51,172 nt of DNA from an uncultured Muribaculaceae bacterium. GTDB lineage: Bacteria > Bacillota_I > Bacilli_A > RF39 > UBA660. The notes beneath the pieces were generated by a model, which was given only the letters and a program-made list of their open reading frames with translations, made no database searches and had not been told where the DNA came from. Location of the stretch: positions 1 through 51,172 of the forward strand of contig CAYSFO010000005.1 of assembly GCA_964430695.1 (NCBI GenBank). The letters run 5' to 3'. Below, one piece after another: positions 49,967-51,172 of this stretch. A program made the translations under genes and the position numbers. Position 1 is the stretch's first letter. Every line of letters starts with the position of its first letter.

Positions 49967-50073
49967 TTGACTTTCATATAGTATGAGTGATATATTAGTC
50001 ATGGTTTTTAAATGTGGTTCTATGTCAGATAGAACTTAATTTAATTAAATATTTGATACACCAGGATGTGTGT
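49967..50073 (+). promoter_or_regulatory. str operon promoter and structured rpsL leader
   Basis: TTGACT-18-TATATT with TG; hairpin GTTCTAT/ATAGAAC; ACACCAGGATGTGTG resembles the conserved Firmicute rpsL leader motif. Confidence 0.6.
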
Positions 50074-50091
50074 TAATGAAAGGAGGACAAT

Positions 50092-50505
50092 ATGTCTACA
50101 ATTAATCAATTAGTTACTAACAAAAGAAAAAAGAAAACTAGAAAAAGTAAAAGTCCAGTATTAAATGTCGGATTAAATACACTTGAAAGAAAACAAACAG
50201 TACAAAATAGTCCACAAAAAAGAGGCGTATGTACTCGTGTAGGAACAAAAACACCAAAGAAACCCAACTCAGCATTACGTAAATATGCACGTGTTAGACT
50301 TTCTAATGGAAAAGAAATCGACGCTTATATACCTGGAGAAGGACATAACTTACAAGAACATAGTGTTGTATTAGTACGTGGAGGACGTGTAAAAGACTTA
50401 ATCGGTGTTCGTTATCACATTGTACGTGGTACACTTGATACACAAGGCGTTCAAGATAGATCTCAAGGTCGTAGTAAATACGGAACAAAAAAACCAAAAA
50501 AATAA
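50092..50505 (+). CDS. rpsL: 30S ribosomal protein S12
   Basis: [25 protein letters not shown]. Confidence 0.99.
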   Translation: MSTINQLVTNKRKKKTRKSKSPVLNVGLNTLERKQTVQNSPQKRGVCTRVGTKTPKKPNSALRKYARVRLSNGKEIDAYIPGEGHNLQEHSVVLVRGGRVKDLIGVRYHIVRGTLDTQGVQDRSQGRSKYGTKKPKK

Positions 50506-50514
50506 AATAGATAA

Positions 50515-50997
<483 letters not shown>

Positions 50998-51006
50998 GAG
51001 GATTGT

Positions 51007-51172
51007 ATGGCAAGAGATGTTTCTATAGATAAAATAAGAAATATTGGGATTATGGCCCATATCGACGCTGGTAAAACAACTACCACAGAAAGAGTATTAT
51101 TCCATACTGGAATTACACATAAAATTGGTGAAACACATGATGGTGAATCTCAAATGGACTGGATGGAACAAG
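51007..51172 (+). CDS. fusA: Elongation factor G, 3' truncated by the window edge
   Basis: [29 protein letters not shown]...[18 protein letters not shown]. Confidence 0.98.
   Translation, partial: MARDVSIDKIRNIGIMAHIDAGKTTTTERVLFHTGITHKIGETHDGESQMDWMEQ

Overview
Low-GC chromosomal window from a Firmicute using translation table 11 (intact prfB, TGA stops). Gene content and style resemble uncultured RF39-type Bacilli, but that placement is inference. The housekeeping backbone is secA (5' truncated), prfB (+1 frameshift), tilS-ftsH, parA-parB-mscS-DUF951-abgT-ychF, rpsF-ssb-rpsR, rplI-dnaB-M23-yycJ-rlmH, ung, lemA and rpsL-rpsG-fusA (3' truncated). Four accessory loci stand out. (1) At 32.3-38.0 kb, an operon of three proteins built from 27 tandem ~50-aa 'WTxEE' Myb/HTH-like repeats (11+13+3) ends in an unusual SigE/K-like sigma factor. 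A G11 tract truncates the first gene; G10 would restore a paralog-conserved tail and an ATGA overlap with the next gene. This is the best candidate for an undescribed system. (2) At 12.0-13.7 kb, an exported protein has phage-tail-fibre-like motifs and an abruptly A-depleted segment near its 3' end, resembling a diversity-generating-retroelement variable region. It is divergent from an XRE gene, with three operator-like repeats between them; no template repeat or reverse transcriptase is visible in the window. (3) At 20.1-20.9 kb, a type III toxin-antitoxin locus has three diverged pseudoknot repeats with compensatory changes. (4) At 39.4-49.8 kb, a cluster with two SipW peptidases, TasA-like subunits and a giant Ig/cadherin lipoprotein looks like a fibre or pilus system. 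All assignments were made by eye; no database searches were run.
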